Of a stretch of DNA of 64,000 bases, positions 1-13,304 are shown piece by piece. Origin of the DNA: an uncultured delta proteobacterium. GTDB lineage: Bacteria; Desulfobacterota; Binatia; UBA9968. Position 1 is the first letter of the stretch. Every line of letters begins with the position of its first letter. Location of the stretch: NCBI GenBank assembly GCA_963816145.1, contig CAWFJP010000029.1:384001-448000 (forward strand). The letters run 5' to 3'. The translations under genes and the position numbers were made by a program. The notes beneath the pieces were generated by a model. That model had not been told where the DNA came from and searched no databases. It worked only from the letters and a program-made list of their open reading frames with translations.

Positions 1-210
1 ATGGATAAACGGGTTTTCCCGGCCATCGATATCAATAAATCGGGAACTCGTAAGGAAGAGCTGTTGATACCGCGCGAGGATCTCAATCGCATTTGGATTC
101 TACGCAAAGTCTTGTCTCAGCTGAGTGTCGTCGAATCGATGGAATTCCTGCTCGATAAGATGCACGGCAGCAAGACGAATAAGGAATTTCTCGAATCGAT
201 GAATCAATAG
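1..210 (+). CDS. rho: Transcription termination factor Rho, C-terminal part (5' partial)
   Basis: [19 protein letters not shown] is the conserved Rho C-terminal motif. Confidence 0.95.
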   Translation: MDKRVFPAIDINKSGTRKEELLIPREDLNRIWILRKVLSQLSVVESMEFLLDKMHGSKTNKEFLESMNQ

Positions 211-350
211 TTTCTGCAGTGATTGGCAAACTTGCGTCAACTGACGATCTCTGTTAAAACGCGGAGCATTGTCGTCACGTATGTCGTCCTTAGGTTGATG
301 AGAATCTGCCTGCTGGCAGAGCTCCCGACTCAAGGGTTTTATTGATCCAA

Positions 351-430
351 TACACACCCTCGCCGATTGTTAGCGCGGTGCCTATGGTCTAGGTGCGCTG
401 GCGAAATGACGCGAGGGGAGGAAAAAAACC
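351..430 (+). ncRNA. rpsB leader RNA (t44 / S2 leader-like)
   Basis: ACACAC...GGTGCC...GGT...GGAGG..AACC pattern with CCCTCGC/GCGAGGG stem directly upstream of rpsB. Confidence 0.7.
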
Positions 431-443
431 GAAGGAGAGTGGT

Positions 444-1217
444 ATGGCCGAGATTTCAATGAAACAATTGCTGGAGGCGGGTGTCCATTTCGGGCATCAG
501 ACCAGCCGGTGGAACCCGAAGATGAAGCCCTACATCTTTGGCGCGCGCAATGGCATCCATATCATCGATTTGCAGCAGACGGTGTCGATGTTCAAGGATC
601 TCGAGGCCGTCGTGCGGGATTTGGCTGCATCTGGTGGCCACGTTTTGTTTGTTGGAACCAAGAAGCAAGCGCAGGATGCGATTCGTGAAGAGGCGACCCG
701 CTGTGGCATGTACTACGTGCACAACCGCTGGCTCGGCGGTACCCTGACCAATTTTACGACGATTCGCCAGAGTATCGAGCGGTTGCGTAAAATAGAAGAG
801 ATGGAAGCCGACCCGAAAATCGTCGATGCCCTGACCAAGAAAGAGATGCTTGGGCTGCGACGTGAGAAAGATAAGCTGGAGCAATCGCTCGGCGGTATCA
901 AAACGATGCGCAAGTTGCCCGATGCGATATTCGTGATCGACCCCAAGCAAGAAGAAATCGCGGTTAAAGAGGCGCGGAAGCTCGGTGTTCCGGTCATCGC
1001 GGTGATAGACAGCAACTGCGATCCAGATATGATCGACTACAAGGTGCCAGGCAATGACGACGCGATCCGCGCGATACGTTTATTCTGTCAGGCGATCGCT
1101 GAAGCGGTGATTGAGGGCCGCACTATCTACGAGCAGTCTTTGGTCAAGGAGAAAGTCGATGACCGACCTACCGGCGAAGCGGTGTCTGCGGCAGAGGGAG
1201 CGGCCGGAGGAGTTTAG
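444..1217 (+). CDS. rpsB: 30S ribosomal protein S2
   Basis: [25 protein letters not shown]; AGGAG RBS before ATG 444. Confidence 0.98.
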   Translation: MAEISMKQLLEAGVHFGHQTSRWNPKMKPYIFGARNGIHIIDLQQTVSMFKDLEAVVRDLAASGGHVLFVGTKKQAQDAIREEATRCGMYYVHNRWLGGTLTNFTTIRQSIERLRKIEEMEADPKIVDALTKKEMLGLRREKDKLEQSLGGIKTMRKLPDAIFVIDPKQEEIAVKEARKLGVPVIAVIDSNCDPDMIDYKVPGNDDAIRAIRLFCQAIAEAVIEGRTIYEQSLVKEKVDDRPTGEAVSAAEGAAGGV

Positions 1218-1222
1218 GCGAC

Positions 1223-3136
<1,914 letters not shown>

Positions 3137-3240
3137 CTAACCATTCTATCTCTCGCTGCCTACCGTGGATCGTAACCGGGGTTATCCTTCCGAGCAAGAT
3201 TTTTACCTTCACCGATGAACGATATTCGACACAGGGTTCT

Positions 3241-4020
3241 GTGGAGCTAGATGGCCTGGATAAGAGCCGTTTACCGCAGCATGTTGCCATCATTATGGAC
3301 GGTAACGGACGGTGGGCGACGCAGCGGCGCAAGCATCGCATCGAAGGACATCGGCGCGGTAAAACCTCAGTTCGGGTCATCGTCGAGATGAGCCGCAAGA
3401 TCGGCATCCGTTACCTCTCCCTCTACGCTTTTTCCACCGAAAACTGGTTTCGCCCCGACGACGAGGTCGAGGCGTTGATGGGATTGTTGGAACATTATCT
3501 GGTGGCGGAGCAGGCCAAGATGATGCGCTACGGCATTCGCCTGCTGTCGGTAGGGGATCGTAGCCGGCTGCCTGCCGGGGTGCGGCAAACCTTGGAGAGG
3601 GTGATCGAGGCTACCGCCAACAATCAACGTATGACGGTGGTTCTGGCTCTCAGTTACAGCGGCCGCGATGATATCGTGCGCATGGCAAGAAGCCTGGCGC
3701 AGCAGGTAAAAACGGGAGCCTGCCAACCGGAGTCCGTCGACGAGCAGTGGATTTCTGCTCATCTTGACACCGCGATGGTGCCCGATCCTGATCTCTTGAT
3801 TCGCACCAGCGGTGAGATGCGGATCAGTAATTTTTTTCTCTGGCAGATCGCTTACAGCGAGCTTTATGTCACGCCGACTCTCTGGCCGGACTTTCGTGAA
3901 AAGGAATATCTTCAAGCGCTCCTCGATTATCAACGTCGGCGCCGGCGCTTTGGCCGTACCGACGAACAGCTGGCTGAAAGCCCGATGGCTACGATGGAGG
4001 CGGGTGGACGGAAATCTTAA
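3241..4020 (+). CDS. uppS: Isoprenyl transferase (undecaprenyl diphosphate synthase)
   Basis: HVAIIMDGNGRWA, YAFSTENW, DLLIRTSGEMRISNF. Confidence 0.96.
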   Translation: MELDGLDKSRLPQHVAIIMDGNGRWATQRRKHRIEGHRRGKTSVRVIVEMSRKIGIRYLSLYAFSTENWFRPDDEVEALMGLLEHYLVAEQAKMMRYGIRLLSVGDRSRLPAGVRQTLERVIEATANNQRMTVVLALSYSGRDDIVRMARSLAQQVKTGACQPESVDEQWISAHLDTAMVPDPDLLIRTSGEMRISNFFLWQIAYSELYVTPTLWPDFREKEYLQALLDYQRRRRRFGRTDEQLAESPMATMEAGGRKS

Positions 4021-4810
4021 AGCACGGATTGGCACCGCTGCGGTGGGATTACCGCTGCTGGCGTGGTTGGTCGGCTGGAGTCCGCCATGGCTATTCTCGT
4101 CAGTCTTTTTTTTGCTCACGTTGGCCGCGTTGCGAGAATATTTCGCGATGATCTGTCCCGGCGATCCGTGGCAGCAGTCACGCGGTATTCTTTTCGGCAG
4201 CGCCATCGGTCTTGCCGTCATGAGTGTTCCTGCATCTTCCGTGGCACTCTGGCTTAGCATTTTTTTGATCCTACTATTTGCGAGTACGCTGTGGGCAGGC
4301 GGGTCTCTCGCCGATCGGCTAAACCGGCTGGGTTGGACATTGTTGGGCGGGCTGTATATCGGATTTTTGGTGCCGCAGCTGGCTCTGTTATTTGAACTGA
4401 AAGACGGGCGTGCCTGGGTAGCATTTCTATTTTTGGTCGTTATGGCCGGCGACTCGTCGGCCTATTTCATCGGCCGGAGATTCGGCACACGCAAACTGGC
4501 TCCAACGATAAGTCCTAGCAAGACCGTCGAAGGTTCCATCGCCTATGTGATCGGCAGTATCGCTATTGGCATGGTCGCCGCGTTGCTCTTGCCGCTGCCG
4601 GTGGCCTTATTTGAGGCCGCCATGCTTGCATTGATCATGAGCCTGCTCGGCCAAATCGGCGATCTTTTTGAATCTTTGATTAAACGCGCGTTCGCAGTTA
4701 AGGATTCCGGCGAACTTTTGCCGGGCCACGGCGGGGTTTTGGATCGCCTCGACAGTTTGATATTCCCGGTAGTGTTCGCAACATTTTACCTGAAGGTTAT
4801 GCATTCATGA
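4004..4810 (+). CDS. cdsA: Phosphatidate cytidylyltransferase
   Basis: ISPSKTVEG, GDLFESLIKR, KDSG.LLPGHGGVLDRLDS; GTG start at 4004 after GGAGG. Confidence 0.95.
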   Translation: MDGNLKARIGTAAVGLPLLAWLVGWSPPWLFSSVFFLLTLAALREYFAMICPGDPWQQSRGILFGSAIGLAVMSVPASSVALWLSIFLILLFASTLWAGGSLADRLNRLGWTLLGGLYIGFLVPQLALLFELKDGRAWVAFLFLVVMAGDSSAYFIGRRFGTRKLAPTISPSKTVEGSIAYVIGSIAIGMVAALLLPLPVALFEAAMLALIMSLLGQIGDLFESLIKRAFAVKDSGELLPGHGGVLDRLDSLIFPVVFATFYLKVMHS

Positions 4811-5955
4811 GAACAATCGCCCTATTGGGTTCCACCGGATCGATCGGTGTTAGCACTTTGGCGCTCGTACGGGAGTTTCCCGAGCATTTCAAAATCCACG
4901 GCATGGTGGCGGGGCGCAATTTGCCGTTGCTTGCCCGGCAAATAATCGAGTTCTCACCGGCGCTGGTGGCGATCGAGCGTGAGGAAGATATTGCGCCGCT
5001 GCGCAAACTACTGGGCAAATCCAAAGTGGAAATCCTGTGCGGCCAAGCCGGCGCTATCGAGGTTGCCACCGGCTCCAAAGTCGATGTCGTGTTAGCGGCG
5101 ATCGTCGGCGGCGCAGGTTTGATGCCGACACTGCGCGGTTTGCTAGCAGGAAAAGAAATTGCGCTAGCCAATAAAGAAGCCCTGGTGATGGCTGGCGAAC
5201 TGTTTATCAACGCTGCCAAGAAGAAAGGCGTGCGCCTCTTGCCGGTAGACAGCGAGCACAGCGCAATCTTTCAGTGTTTGCAAGGGAACCAACGCGGCGA
5301 AGTCGACAAGCTCATTTTGACCGCCTCGGGCGGGCCGTTCCTGCGCACGCCGCTCGCCCGTTTGGCAAATGTTACGATCACTCAAGCGCTCAAGCATCCC
5401 AACTGGAAAATGGGCCGGAAGATCACCATCGATTCGGCGACAATGATGAACAAGGGACTGGAAGTCGTCGAAGCGCGCTGGGAGTTCGATATGGAACCGA
5501 GCGGCATCCAAGTCGTGATTCACCCGCAGAGCATCGTGCATTCGATGGTGCGTTATCAAGACGGCGCGATCATGGCGCAACTGGGGATTGCCGATATGCG
5601 TATTCCGATCGCTTACGCGTTGGCCTATCCGCACCGCCTCAAGGGCAGTTGGGAACCGCTCAATTTGACCAAGCACGGCGAGCTGAATTTCCTCCCGGTG
5701 GAGAAAAAGCGCTTTCCCGCTCTCGCCCTGGCCTACGCGGCGCTCAACGAGGGCGGTACCATGCCGGCAGTGCTCAACGCGGCAAATGAAGTGGCGGTGG
5801 CGGCTTTCTTGGCGGGGAGGGTAGGATTTCGCGAAATTCATCGTATAATTGATCGAACCATGCAGCGCCATCAGTGTAGACATGCGAAGAACATAGACGA
5901 GGTCATTGAAGTCGACCGTTGGGCGCGCGAGATCGCGTCGGCTTACGTTGTTTAG
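4807..5955 (+). CDS. dxr: 1-deoxy-D-xylulose-5-phosphate reductoisomerase
   Basis: LGSTGSIG, LANKE, PVDSEH, HPNWKMGRKITIDSATMMNKGLE. Confidence 0.98.
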   Translation: MRTIALLGSTGSIGVSTLALVREFPEHFKIHGMVAGRNLPLLARQIIEFSPALVAIEREEDIAPLRKLLGKSKVEILCGQAGAIEVATGSKVDVVLAAIVGGAGLMPTLRGLLAGKEIALANKEALVMAGELFINAAKKKGVRLLPVDSEHSAIFQCLQGNQRGEVDKLILTASGGPFLRTPLARLANVTITQALKHPNWKMGRKITIDSATMMNKGLEVVEARWEFDMEPSGIQVVIHPQSIVHSMVRYQDGAIMAQLGIADMRIPIAYALAYPHRLKGSWEPLNLTKHGELNFLPVEKKRFPALALAYAALNEGGTMPAVLNAANEVAVAAFLAGRVGFREIHRIIDRTMQRHQCRHAKNIDEVIEVDRWAREIASAYVV

Positions 5956-5977
5956 TCGAAAATCGAGGAGTATTGCG

Positions 5978-7060
5978 ATGGAAGGTTTTCTATATTCGAT
6001 CGGTTCAGCCGTCATTGGTTTGGGGGTGCTGATCGTATTTCATGAGTTTGGCCATTTCTTGCTAGCGAAATTGTCCGGTGTCGGCGTGCTGACTTTTTCG
6101 GTGGGGTTCGGTCCGAAAATCTTCGTGCGAAAGAAAGGCGAGACCGAATATGCCTTGAGTGCGTTTCCCCTGGGTGGCTACGTTAAGATGATCGGCGAGG
6201 ATCCGGACGAGGAGGTGTCGGCCGCTGATAGGGAACGGTCCTTCGCCCACAAGAGTCTGCTCAAACGATTCGCCATCGTCTTTGCCGGCCCCGGCTTTAA
6301 CCTGATGCTGGCGGTGCTGTTGCTTATGCTGGTGTTTGTTTTCTACGGCGTGCCGGTTATGTCGACGCTTATCAGCGGCGTCGAAAAAGGGTCGCCGGCG
6401 GAACGGGCTGGCATCGCCAAAGGCGATCGCATCGTTGCCATTGACGGCAAACCGGTGGTCGAGTGGGACGATTTGTCGCAAACCATCAAATCAAGCCAAG
6501 GGAAATCTTTGAACTTGGAGATTCGCCGCGGCACCGAGCTGGTCAAGTTGGCGGTCCAACCGACGCGCAAAGAAGGGCGCAGCATTTTCGGCGAGCGCAA
6601 AGATGACTGGATGATCGGTATCGGCAGTCAGGTTTCAATTGAAAAAGGCAAACCGGGCTTGGCGGTGGTCAGGGCGTTTTATCAAACTTGGGAATACATC
6701 AAGATCACCGTGCTGGGATTTTACAAGATGATCACGGGCGATGTGTCGCCGAAGAACATCGGCGGCCCGATTTTGATCGCGCAGATGGCCGGCCAGCAGG
6801 CCCAGGAAGGGGTCGGCAGTTTTCTCGCGTTTCTCGCCGTGCTCAGCATCAATCTCGGTGTGCTTAATCTCTTGCCGGTGCCGGTGCTCGATGGCGGCCA
6901 CCTGTTGTTTTTTCTGGTCGAGGCGGTGATTCGCAAACCGGTGTCGATCCGCGTGCGTGAGATGGCCCAGCAGGTCGGTATCTGTCTACTGGGGTTGTTA
7001 ATGGTCTATGCCTTCTACAACGACATCGTGCGGTTCTTCGAGAAGCAGGTCGGTGGATGA
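5978..7060 (+). CDS. rseP: RIP metalloprotease RseP
   Basis: HEFGH, PDZ domain, NLLPVPVLDGG. Confidence 0.95.
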   Translation: MEGFLYSIGSAVIGLGVLIVFHEFGHFLLAKLSGVGVLTFSVGFGPKIFVRKKGETEYALSAFPLGGYVKMIGEDPDEEVSAADRERSFAHKSLLKRFAIVFAGPGFNLMLAVLLLMLVFVFYGVPVMSTLISGVEKGSPAERAGIAKGDRIVAIDGKPVVEWDDLSQTIKSSQGKSLNLEIRRGTELVKLAVQPTRKEGRSIFGERKDDWMIGIGSQVSIEKGKPGLAVVRAFYQTWEYIKITVLGFYKMITGDVSPKNIGGPILIAQMAGQQAQEGVGSFLAFLAVLSINLGVLNLLPVPVLDGGHLLFFLVEAVIRKPVSIRVREMAQQVGICLLGLLMVYAFYNDIVRFFEKQVGG

Positions 7061-7806
7061 CGATCCTGGGCGTAGATACGGCTACAGCCGTCTCTAGTGT
7101 CGCTTTACTCGAAGATGGACAAGTGAGTGCCGAGGCAATCTTTCCGCCTCAGAGTCCAGACGGAGTCACAGTTAGCTCCAAGAGTAACCACTCGGAAACT
7201 GTCCTACCGCTGATCCAATCCGTGCTTGAGACCAGGCATCGCCGGTTTTCAGATATTGATGCCATCGCAGTTTCCATCGGTCCGGGGTCGTTTACCGGTT
7301 TACGTATCGGTTTGGCTTTGGTCAAAGGGCTCGCATACGAATGTAATTTACCGGTGGTCGGTGTGTCGAGCCTTGAAGCACAGGCCGCTCGGGTGACTGA
7401 ATTGGTCGGTGCGATCTGCCCATTGCTCGACGCGCGTAAGCAGGAAGTTTATGCGGCTTTGTTCGATCGACGTGATGAAAAACTGGTTCGTTGTCGCGCC
7501 GACCAGGCGATCGAGGTGTCGGAGTTGATTGGCTTGTTTGGCGCAATTACTGACACGGCTGCGATCGCATTTGTCGGCAACGGTGCGGCACGCTATCGGG
7601 AGCAGATCGTGGATTTGTTCGGTGAGCGCGCGCAGATCATTGGTGAGAATTGCGGCGGCAGTGCCGCGGGAGCACTGGCACGCTTGGCTTTGGCGCGTTT
7701 AACCGATGCGTCGGGAGCCGATTTGGGGCAGTTGGTGCCGCTCTATTTGGGTGCCTCGCAGGCCCTTGGGAATACTCGTAGAATTCTCCCTAACCCGTTG
7801 AAATAA
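7057..7806 (+). CDS. tsaB: tRNA threonylcarbamoyladenosine biosynthesis protein TsaB
   Basis: ILGVDTAT, GPGSFTGLRIG, LDARKQEVY. Confidence 0.93.
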   Translation: MTILGVDTATAVSSVALLEDGQVSAEAIFPPQSPDGVTVSSKSNHSETVLPLIQSVLETRHRRFSDIDAIAVSIGPGSFTGLRIGLALVKGLAYECNLPVVGVSSLEAQAARVTELVGAICPLLDARKQEVYAALFDRRDEKLVRCRADQAIEVSELIGLFGAITDTAAIAFVGNGAARYREQIVDLFGERAQIIGENCGGSAAGALARLALARLTDASGADLGQLVPLYLGASQALGNTRRILPNPLK

Positions 7807-7822
7807 TAAAGAGAAAGCTACG

Positions 7823-7851
7823 TTGACAAAGCCCCGACCGTAAGTTAGATT
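7823..7851 (+). promoter_or_regulatory. Candidate sigma70 promoter for DUF465-ilvB-ilvN
   Basis: TTGACA-N17-TAGATT. Confidence 0.6.
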
Positions 7852-7895
7852 GAGCCCGCTCAGAATTAAGATTTCCTAAAAAGGAGGCCGCACTT

Positions 7896-8132
7896 ATGGA
7901 AAATAGTGAAGAATCGGCGATCGTCTCCCTCTTGGATAAGGACCCGGAACTCAAGAAATACTACGATGAGCATCAAGCCTTCGAGAAACAGCTTGCCGCG
8001 CTGCACCATAAGGGACATCTATCGGCCGACGAAGAAGTTGAAATGAAACGAATTCAGAAACTCAAGCTCGCCGGCAAAGACAAGATGATGGAGCTTTTGG
8101 GAAAGCATCGTCAGTTCGGCGCTCGCAGTTAA
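7896..8132 (+). CDS. DUF465/YdcH-family small coiled-coil protein
   Basis: EH..FEKQL...LSADEEVEMKRIQKLKLAGKD; strong AGGAGG RBS. Confidence 0.8.
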   Translation: MENSEESAIVSLLDKDPELKKYYDEHQAFEKQLAALHHKGHLSADEEVEMKRIQKLKLAGKDKMMELLGKHRQFGARS

Positions 8133-8135
8133 GGA

Positions 8136-9920
8136 GTGGTAATGAAGATTACGGGCGCGGAAATATTTTGTGAGTCGCTACGCCGCGAAGGTGTGAAAAC
8201 CGTTTTTGGCTTGCCCGGCGGCGTTGTCCTGAAGATTTTTGATGTGCTGTGCCAGCGAAAAGATTTGCAGTTGATATTGACTCGCCACGAGCAGGGCGCT
8301 GCCCACATGGCGGAGGGCTACGCTAAAGCGACGGGCAAGGCTGGCGTTGTGCTGGTGACCTCTGGTCCGGGCATGACCAATATCGTCACCGGCTTGGCCG
8401 ACGCGCACATGGATTCGGTGCCGTTGGTGGCATTTACCGGGCAAGTCTCGACAGATCTCATCGGCAACGATGCGTTTCAGGAAGCTGATAACGTCGGCAT
8501 CAGCCGCCCCTGTACCAAGCACAATGTGTTGGTGAAAGACGTGAACGATCTCGCCCAGGCGGTGAAGGAAGCGTTCTACATCGCGACCAGCGGACGGCCC
8601 GGTCCGGTGTTGGTCGATATTCCCAAAGATGTCAGCACGGCAAAGACTGAATTCATATATCCCGACAAGGTCAATTTGCGCGGCTATAGCCCTCTCACCG
8701 GCGGCGACAAGTCGCAGATCCGGCAAGCGGCTGAAGCGATCATGAAATCGAAGCGGCCGATCATCTACGTCGGCGGCGGCGCGGTGTTTGGCGATGCCGC
8801 TGACGAAGTCCGCGAACTCGCTGAGATCACCCAGATTCCCGTGACAATGACGTTGATGGGCCTCGGTACCTTCCCCGGTACCCACGAGCTTTCCTTGGGC
8901 ATGCTAGGTATGCACGGCGGCTACTGGAGCAACATGGCGATGCACGAGTCGGATCTGCTGATCGCCGTTGGGGCTCGTTTCGACGATCGCGTTACCGGGA
9001 AGCTTTCGGAGTTTTGTCCTGGCGCTCGGGTCATTCACATCGATATCGATCCGACCTCGATTCGCAAGACATTTCATGCCCATATCCCCATCGTCGGCGA
9101 CGTCAAGTCGGTGCTGCGCCAGGTGAATGTCGTGTTGCGTTCTCTCGATGGCAATCCGACGGCGATGAAAGCGCGCCGCACGCCATGGCTCAAGCAAATC
9201 GATGCGTGGAAGAAAGAGCACCCGCTCTGTTACAAGCAGGACGATAAGATCACCAAGCCCCAGTATGTCGTCGAAAAACTTTACGAGCTGACCAAGCACG
9301 AAGCGATCGTGGCCACGGATGTCGGGCAGCATCAAATGTTCGCAGCGCAATATTTCAAAGGCAAGAAGCCGCGCACCTGGCTTACCTCCGGCGGCTTGGG
9401 CACGATGGGTTTTGGTTTTCCGGCGGCGATCGGCGCTCAGGTGGCGTATCCCAACCGCCAAGTGGTCTGCATCACCAGTGAAGGCAGTTTTCAGATGAAC
9501 CTTCAGGAACTGGTGGTGGCGGCCGAGCATAAGCTGCCGGTGAAGATCGTCCTGTTAAACAACGGCGTGCACGGCATGGTGCGCCAGTGGCAGGATCTTT
9601 TCTATGAGAGCCGCTATTCGGCCAGTATCCTTGGAAAAATGCCGGACTTTGTAAAGCTCGCGGATGCCTACGGCATCAAAGGTCTGCGCGCATTGAAGCC
9701 CAGCGAAGTGGAGGGAGTTCTCAAGGAGGGGTTGAAGCACAAAGGGCCAGTGCTGATGGATATTCACACCGATCCCTTCGAAAACTGCTACCCGATGATT
9801 CCGGCTGGCGGGGCGCAACATGAAATGATGTTGGAAGATCCGCCGGAGCTCAAATTGACGCGCAAGGGCGGAGCACATAAGAGAAAGGTGGATGAAGGCG
9901 AGGGGGTTCTTCCTGCCTGA
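8136..9920 (+). CDS. ilvB: Acetolactate synthase large subunit
   Basis: TRHEQGAAHMAEGYA, SGGLGTMGFG, GMVRQWQ. Confidence 0.96.
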   Translation: MVMKITGAEIFCESLRREGVKTVFGLPGGVVLKIFDVLCQRKDLQLILTRHEQGAAHMAEGYAKATGKAGVVLVTSGPGMTNIVTGLADAHMDSVPLVAFTGQVSTDLIGNDAFQEADNVGISRPCTKHNVLVKDVNDLAQAVKEAFYIATSGRPGPVLVDIPKDVSTAKTEFIYPDKVNLRGYSPLTGGDKSQIRQAAEAIMKSKRPIIYVGGGAVFGDAADEVRELAEITQIPVTMTLMGLGTFPGTHELSLGMLGMHGGYWSNMAMHESDLLIAVGARFDDRVTGKLSEFCPGARVIHIDIDPTSIRKTFHAHIPIVGDVKSVLRQVNVVLRSLDGNPTAMKARRTPWLKQIDAWKKEHPLCYKQDDKITKPQYVVEKLYELTKHEAIVATDVGQHQMFAAQYFKGKKPRTWLTSGGLGTMGFGFPAAIGAQVAYPNRQVVCITSEGSFQMNLQELVVAAEHKLPVKIVLLNNGVHGMVRQWQDLFYESRYSASILGKMPDFVKLADAYGIKGLRALKPSEVEGVLKEGLKHKGPVLMDIHTDPFENCYPMIPAGGAQHEMMLEDPPELKLTRKGGAHKRKVDEGEGVLPA

Positions 9921-9932
9921 TATCGTTAGCGA

Positions 9933-10454
9933 ATGGAACATATCATATCGGTTCTTGTCGAGAATAAATTCGGAGTCTTAGCACGGGTGGCAGGCCTATT
10001 CAGCGCGCGCGGCTACAACATAGAGAGTTTGTCGGTGGCGCCAACCCTGGACCCGACGACTTCGATGATCACGATCGTAACCGTAGGCGATGATCGGATC
10101 ATCGAGCAGATCATGAAGCAGCTCAACAAAGTGGTCGAAGTGCTAAGCGTGGTCGACCATACGGAAACCGACTTCTTGGATCGGGAAACGGTATTGATCA
10201 AAGTCAATACCAAGCCCGAGCATCGGGACGAGGCGATTCGCATCGCCGAAATCTTTCGCGCCAAGATCGTCGATTCATCGCCGACGACTTATACCATTGA
10301 AATCACCGGCGACGTTGACAAAGTCGAGGCGATGATCGGTATGCTCAAGCCGCTGGGGATAAGGGATTTGATTCGCACCGGCCGGATCGCAATCTCGCGC
10401 GAGACCACCAGAACGGCTTCGCCGCGTCGGGAACCAGCGTTGTTGAAGCCGTAG
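9933..10454 (+). CDS. ilvN: Acetolactate synthase small (regulatory) subunit
   Basis: VENKFGVLARVAGLFSARGYNIESL ACT domain. Confidence 0.96.
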   Translation: MEHIISVLVENKFGVLARVAGLFSARGYNIESLSVAPTLDPTTSMITIVTVGDDRIIEQIMKQLNKVVEVLSVVDHTETDFLDRETVLIKVNTKPEHRDEAIRIAEIFRAKIVDSSPTTYTIEITGDVDKVEAMIGMLKPLGIRDLIRTGRIAISRETTRTASPRREPALLKP

Positions 10455-10506
10455 TTTGTAGTTTGGTTTGGCGCCATCGGACTTGGCAAAAGTCCACACA
10501 AACAAA

Positions 10507-10548
10507 GACACCGGTCATGAGTGGTTATGACCGGTGTCGTTGTGTTTT
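10507..10548. terminator. Hairpin between convergent genes (likely bidirectional terminator)
   Basis: GACACCGGTCAT-N8-ATGACCGGTGTC perfect 12-bp stem with A-rich/T-rich flanks. Confidence 0.7.
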
Positions 10549-10576
10549 CGCCACTGATTGCGAGCCGCTAGCGGTT

Positions 10577-10870
10577 TTATTTCTTGGTATCTTTCGTTTT
10601 GTCGGCTGCGTCTTTTTCCGCTTCTTTGGCGTTGTCGACAACATCTTTGCCGGCTTCCTTAACTTTATCGCCGGCTTCTTTCATGGCATCGCCCGCTTTT
10701 TCCATGGCCTCACCGGTTTTTTCTTTCGCTTGGTCGACAGCCTGACCGACTGCGGCGCCCGCCTTTTCAGCTGCGCCCTCGGTTTGTTCTTTGGCTTTCT
10801 CGCAAGCTGCCGTTGAAATCAAAAATGCTGCGGCAATTGCCGCCGAAAAAAAGTTTTTAACGTTGTTCAT
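10577..10870 (-). CDS. Small Ala/Lys/Glu-rich lipoprotein (LEA/YtxH-like repeats)
   Basis: Signal peptide with lipobox TAAC, followed by EKAG/EAG helical repeats. Confidence 0.7.
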   Translation of the reverse strand: MNNVKNFFSAAIAAAFLISTAACEKAKEQTEGAAEKAGAAVGQAVDQAKEKTGEAMEKAGDAMKEAGDKVKEAGKDVVDNAKEAEKDAADKTKDTKK

Positions 10871-11038
10871 AGGTCTACGGTCCTCTCTTATGGGAATTCT
10901 TATATTCTGCTAATGGTTACCATGGCGTTCCAGATCTGTTCAAGAGAGTTTTGATATGTTTGCGGCGTCTAAGGCGTTTAACGTAAAGGGATAGGCCCAC
11001 GTTTCTAGTAGCGGGTTCAAAATTGTGCGAGTTTTTTC

Positions 11039-11472
11039 GTGATTAGACGGATGGTGTTTGCGATTGCGCTTTTGGGGTTGGTTGGCTGTGCTAGACAGCG
11101 GCCAGTCTTCTATCCCAACGTTTAATTCAAACGTGCTGGCAGTGGGGTAGAGGAGCGCGATACCGACGATTACATGCGCCGGGGCGAAGCGTATGTTGCC
11201 TCCAATGGTCGGGTGGATGGTGCCGTAATGAAGGCGGCAACGGAGGCCGCGACCAGTGCGACAATCGGCGGTGCCGCCGGCGCAGTTGGTGGAGTGATCG
11301 TCGGTCGCGCCGGCACCTGGGCTCAGCAGGCGCCGCTGGCGGTGGTGCGGCAGGAGCGACCCGGAGTTTGGTCAACGTCCTTTCGGGCAAGCAAAGCCTG
11401 TCGCCGGTTTATAAGAACTTCGTCAATCGATGTCTCCGCGATAAAGGTTACGATCCCATTGGCTGGCAGTAA
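11039..11472 (+). pseudogene. Glycine-zipper lipoprotein pseudogene
   Basis: Reads ...LVGCARQRPVFYPNV*FKR...GGAAGAVGG... then a frameshift near 11320 and ...VYKNFVNRCLRDKGYDPIGWQ*; in-frame TAA at 11123-11125. Confidence 0.7.
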
Positions 11473-11554
11473 ACGGCGCATTCGACAACTCTAGGCGGCC
11501 CACTTGGGTATCTTCCTCCGAAACTAATTCCTGTTTTGTTCCAGATACTTGTCG

Positions 11555-11583
11555 TTGACTTAGCATGGGTCAATGGGCATAGT
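11555..11583 (+). promoter_or_regulatory. Candidate sigma70 promoter for ilvC-psd-pssA
   Basis: TTGACT-N17-CATAGT. Confidence 0.5.
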
Positions 11584-11589
11584 GAATAG

Positions 11590-12633
<1,044 letters not shown>

Positions 12634-12674
12634 GTCGCCGCTCATTGAGTGGCGCTGCGCTTAGGCCGTGCACG

Positions 12675-13304
12675 ATGCGTATTACGAAAGAAGGTTGGCC
12701 GTTGATCCTCACAGCTGCGGCGCTGGCGTTGCTGGCGTTGCTTTTTGGCTGGAAGGCGATCGGCTTGGTTCTGGCCGTGCTAGCGCTAGGCGTTGCGGCA
12801 TTTTTTCGTGATCCGGAGCGAGTCATTCCTCGCGGTGACGGTTTGGTGGTTTCCCCTGCCGATGGCCGGGTGGTCACCGTCGCGCCGGTTCAGGGGAGTG
12901 GCTTGTTTCCCGACGCGGTGACGCGTATCAGCATCTTTTTGTCGCCCCTCGACGTGCATATCAACCGCGCGCCGGTGGCCGGCCGGATCAACGATGTGCG
13001 CTACCAAGCCGGCAAGTTTCTCCCGGCCTATAACGAAGACGCTGCGCGCTACAATGAGCAGAATGCTCTCCACATAGTCGACGAGCGCGAGCGCAATTGG
13101 GGTGTGGTGCAAATCGCCGGCATCTTGGCTCGGCGCATCGTCTGCCGTTCGAAAGCTGGCGACCTGTTGGCCCGTGGCGAGCGGTTCGGTTTGATTATGT
13201 TCGGCTCGCGTACCGATATTTATCTACCTCAGGGATGCCGGATCGAAGCGACCGAAGGTCAAAGGGTCAGAGGTGGAGAGACCATAATCGGGAGGTTCCA
13301 ATGA
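12675..13304 (+). CDS. psd: Phosphatidylserine decarboxylase
   Basis: FFRDPER, SPADG, DVHINRAP, FGS cleavage motif (MFGSRTD). Confidence 0.93.
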   Translation: MRITKEGWPLILTAAALALLALLFGWKAIGLVLAVLALGVAAFFRDPERVIPRGDGLVVSPADGRVVTVAPVQGSGLFPDAVTRISIFLSPLDVHINRAPVAGRINDVRYQAGKFLPAYNEDAARYNEQNALHIVDERERNWGVVQIAGILARRIVCRSKAGDLLARGERFGLIMFGSRTDIYLPQGCRIEATEGQRVRGGETIIGRFQ

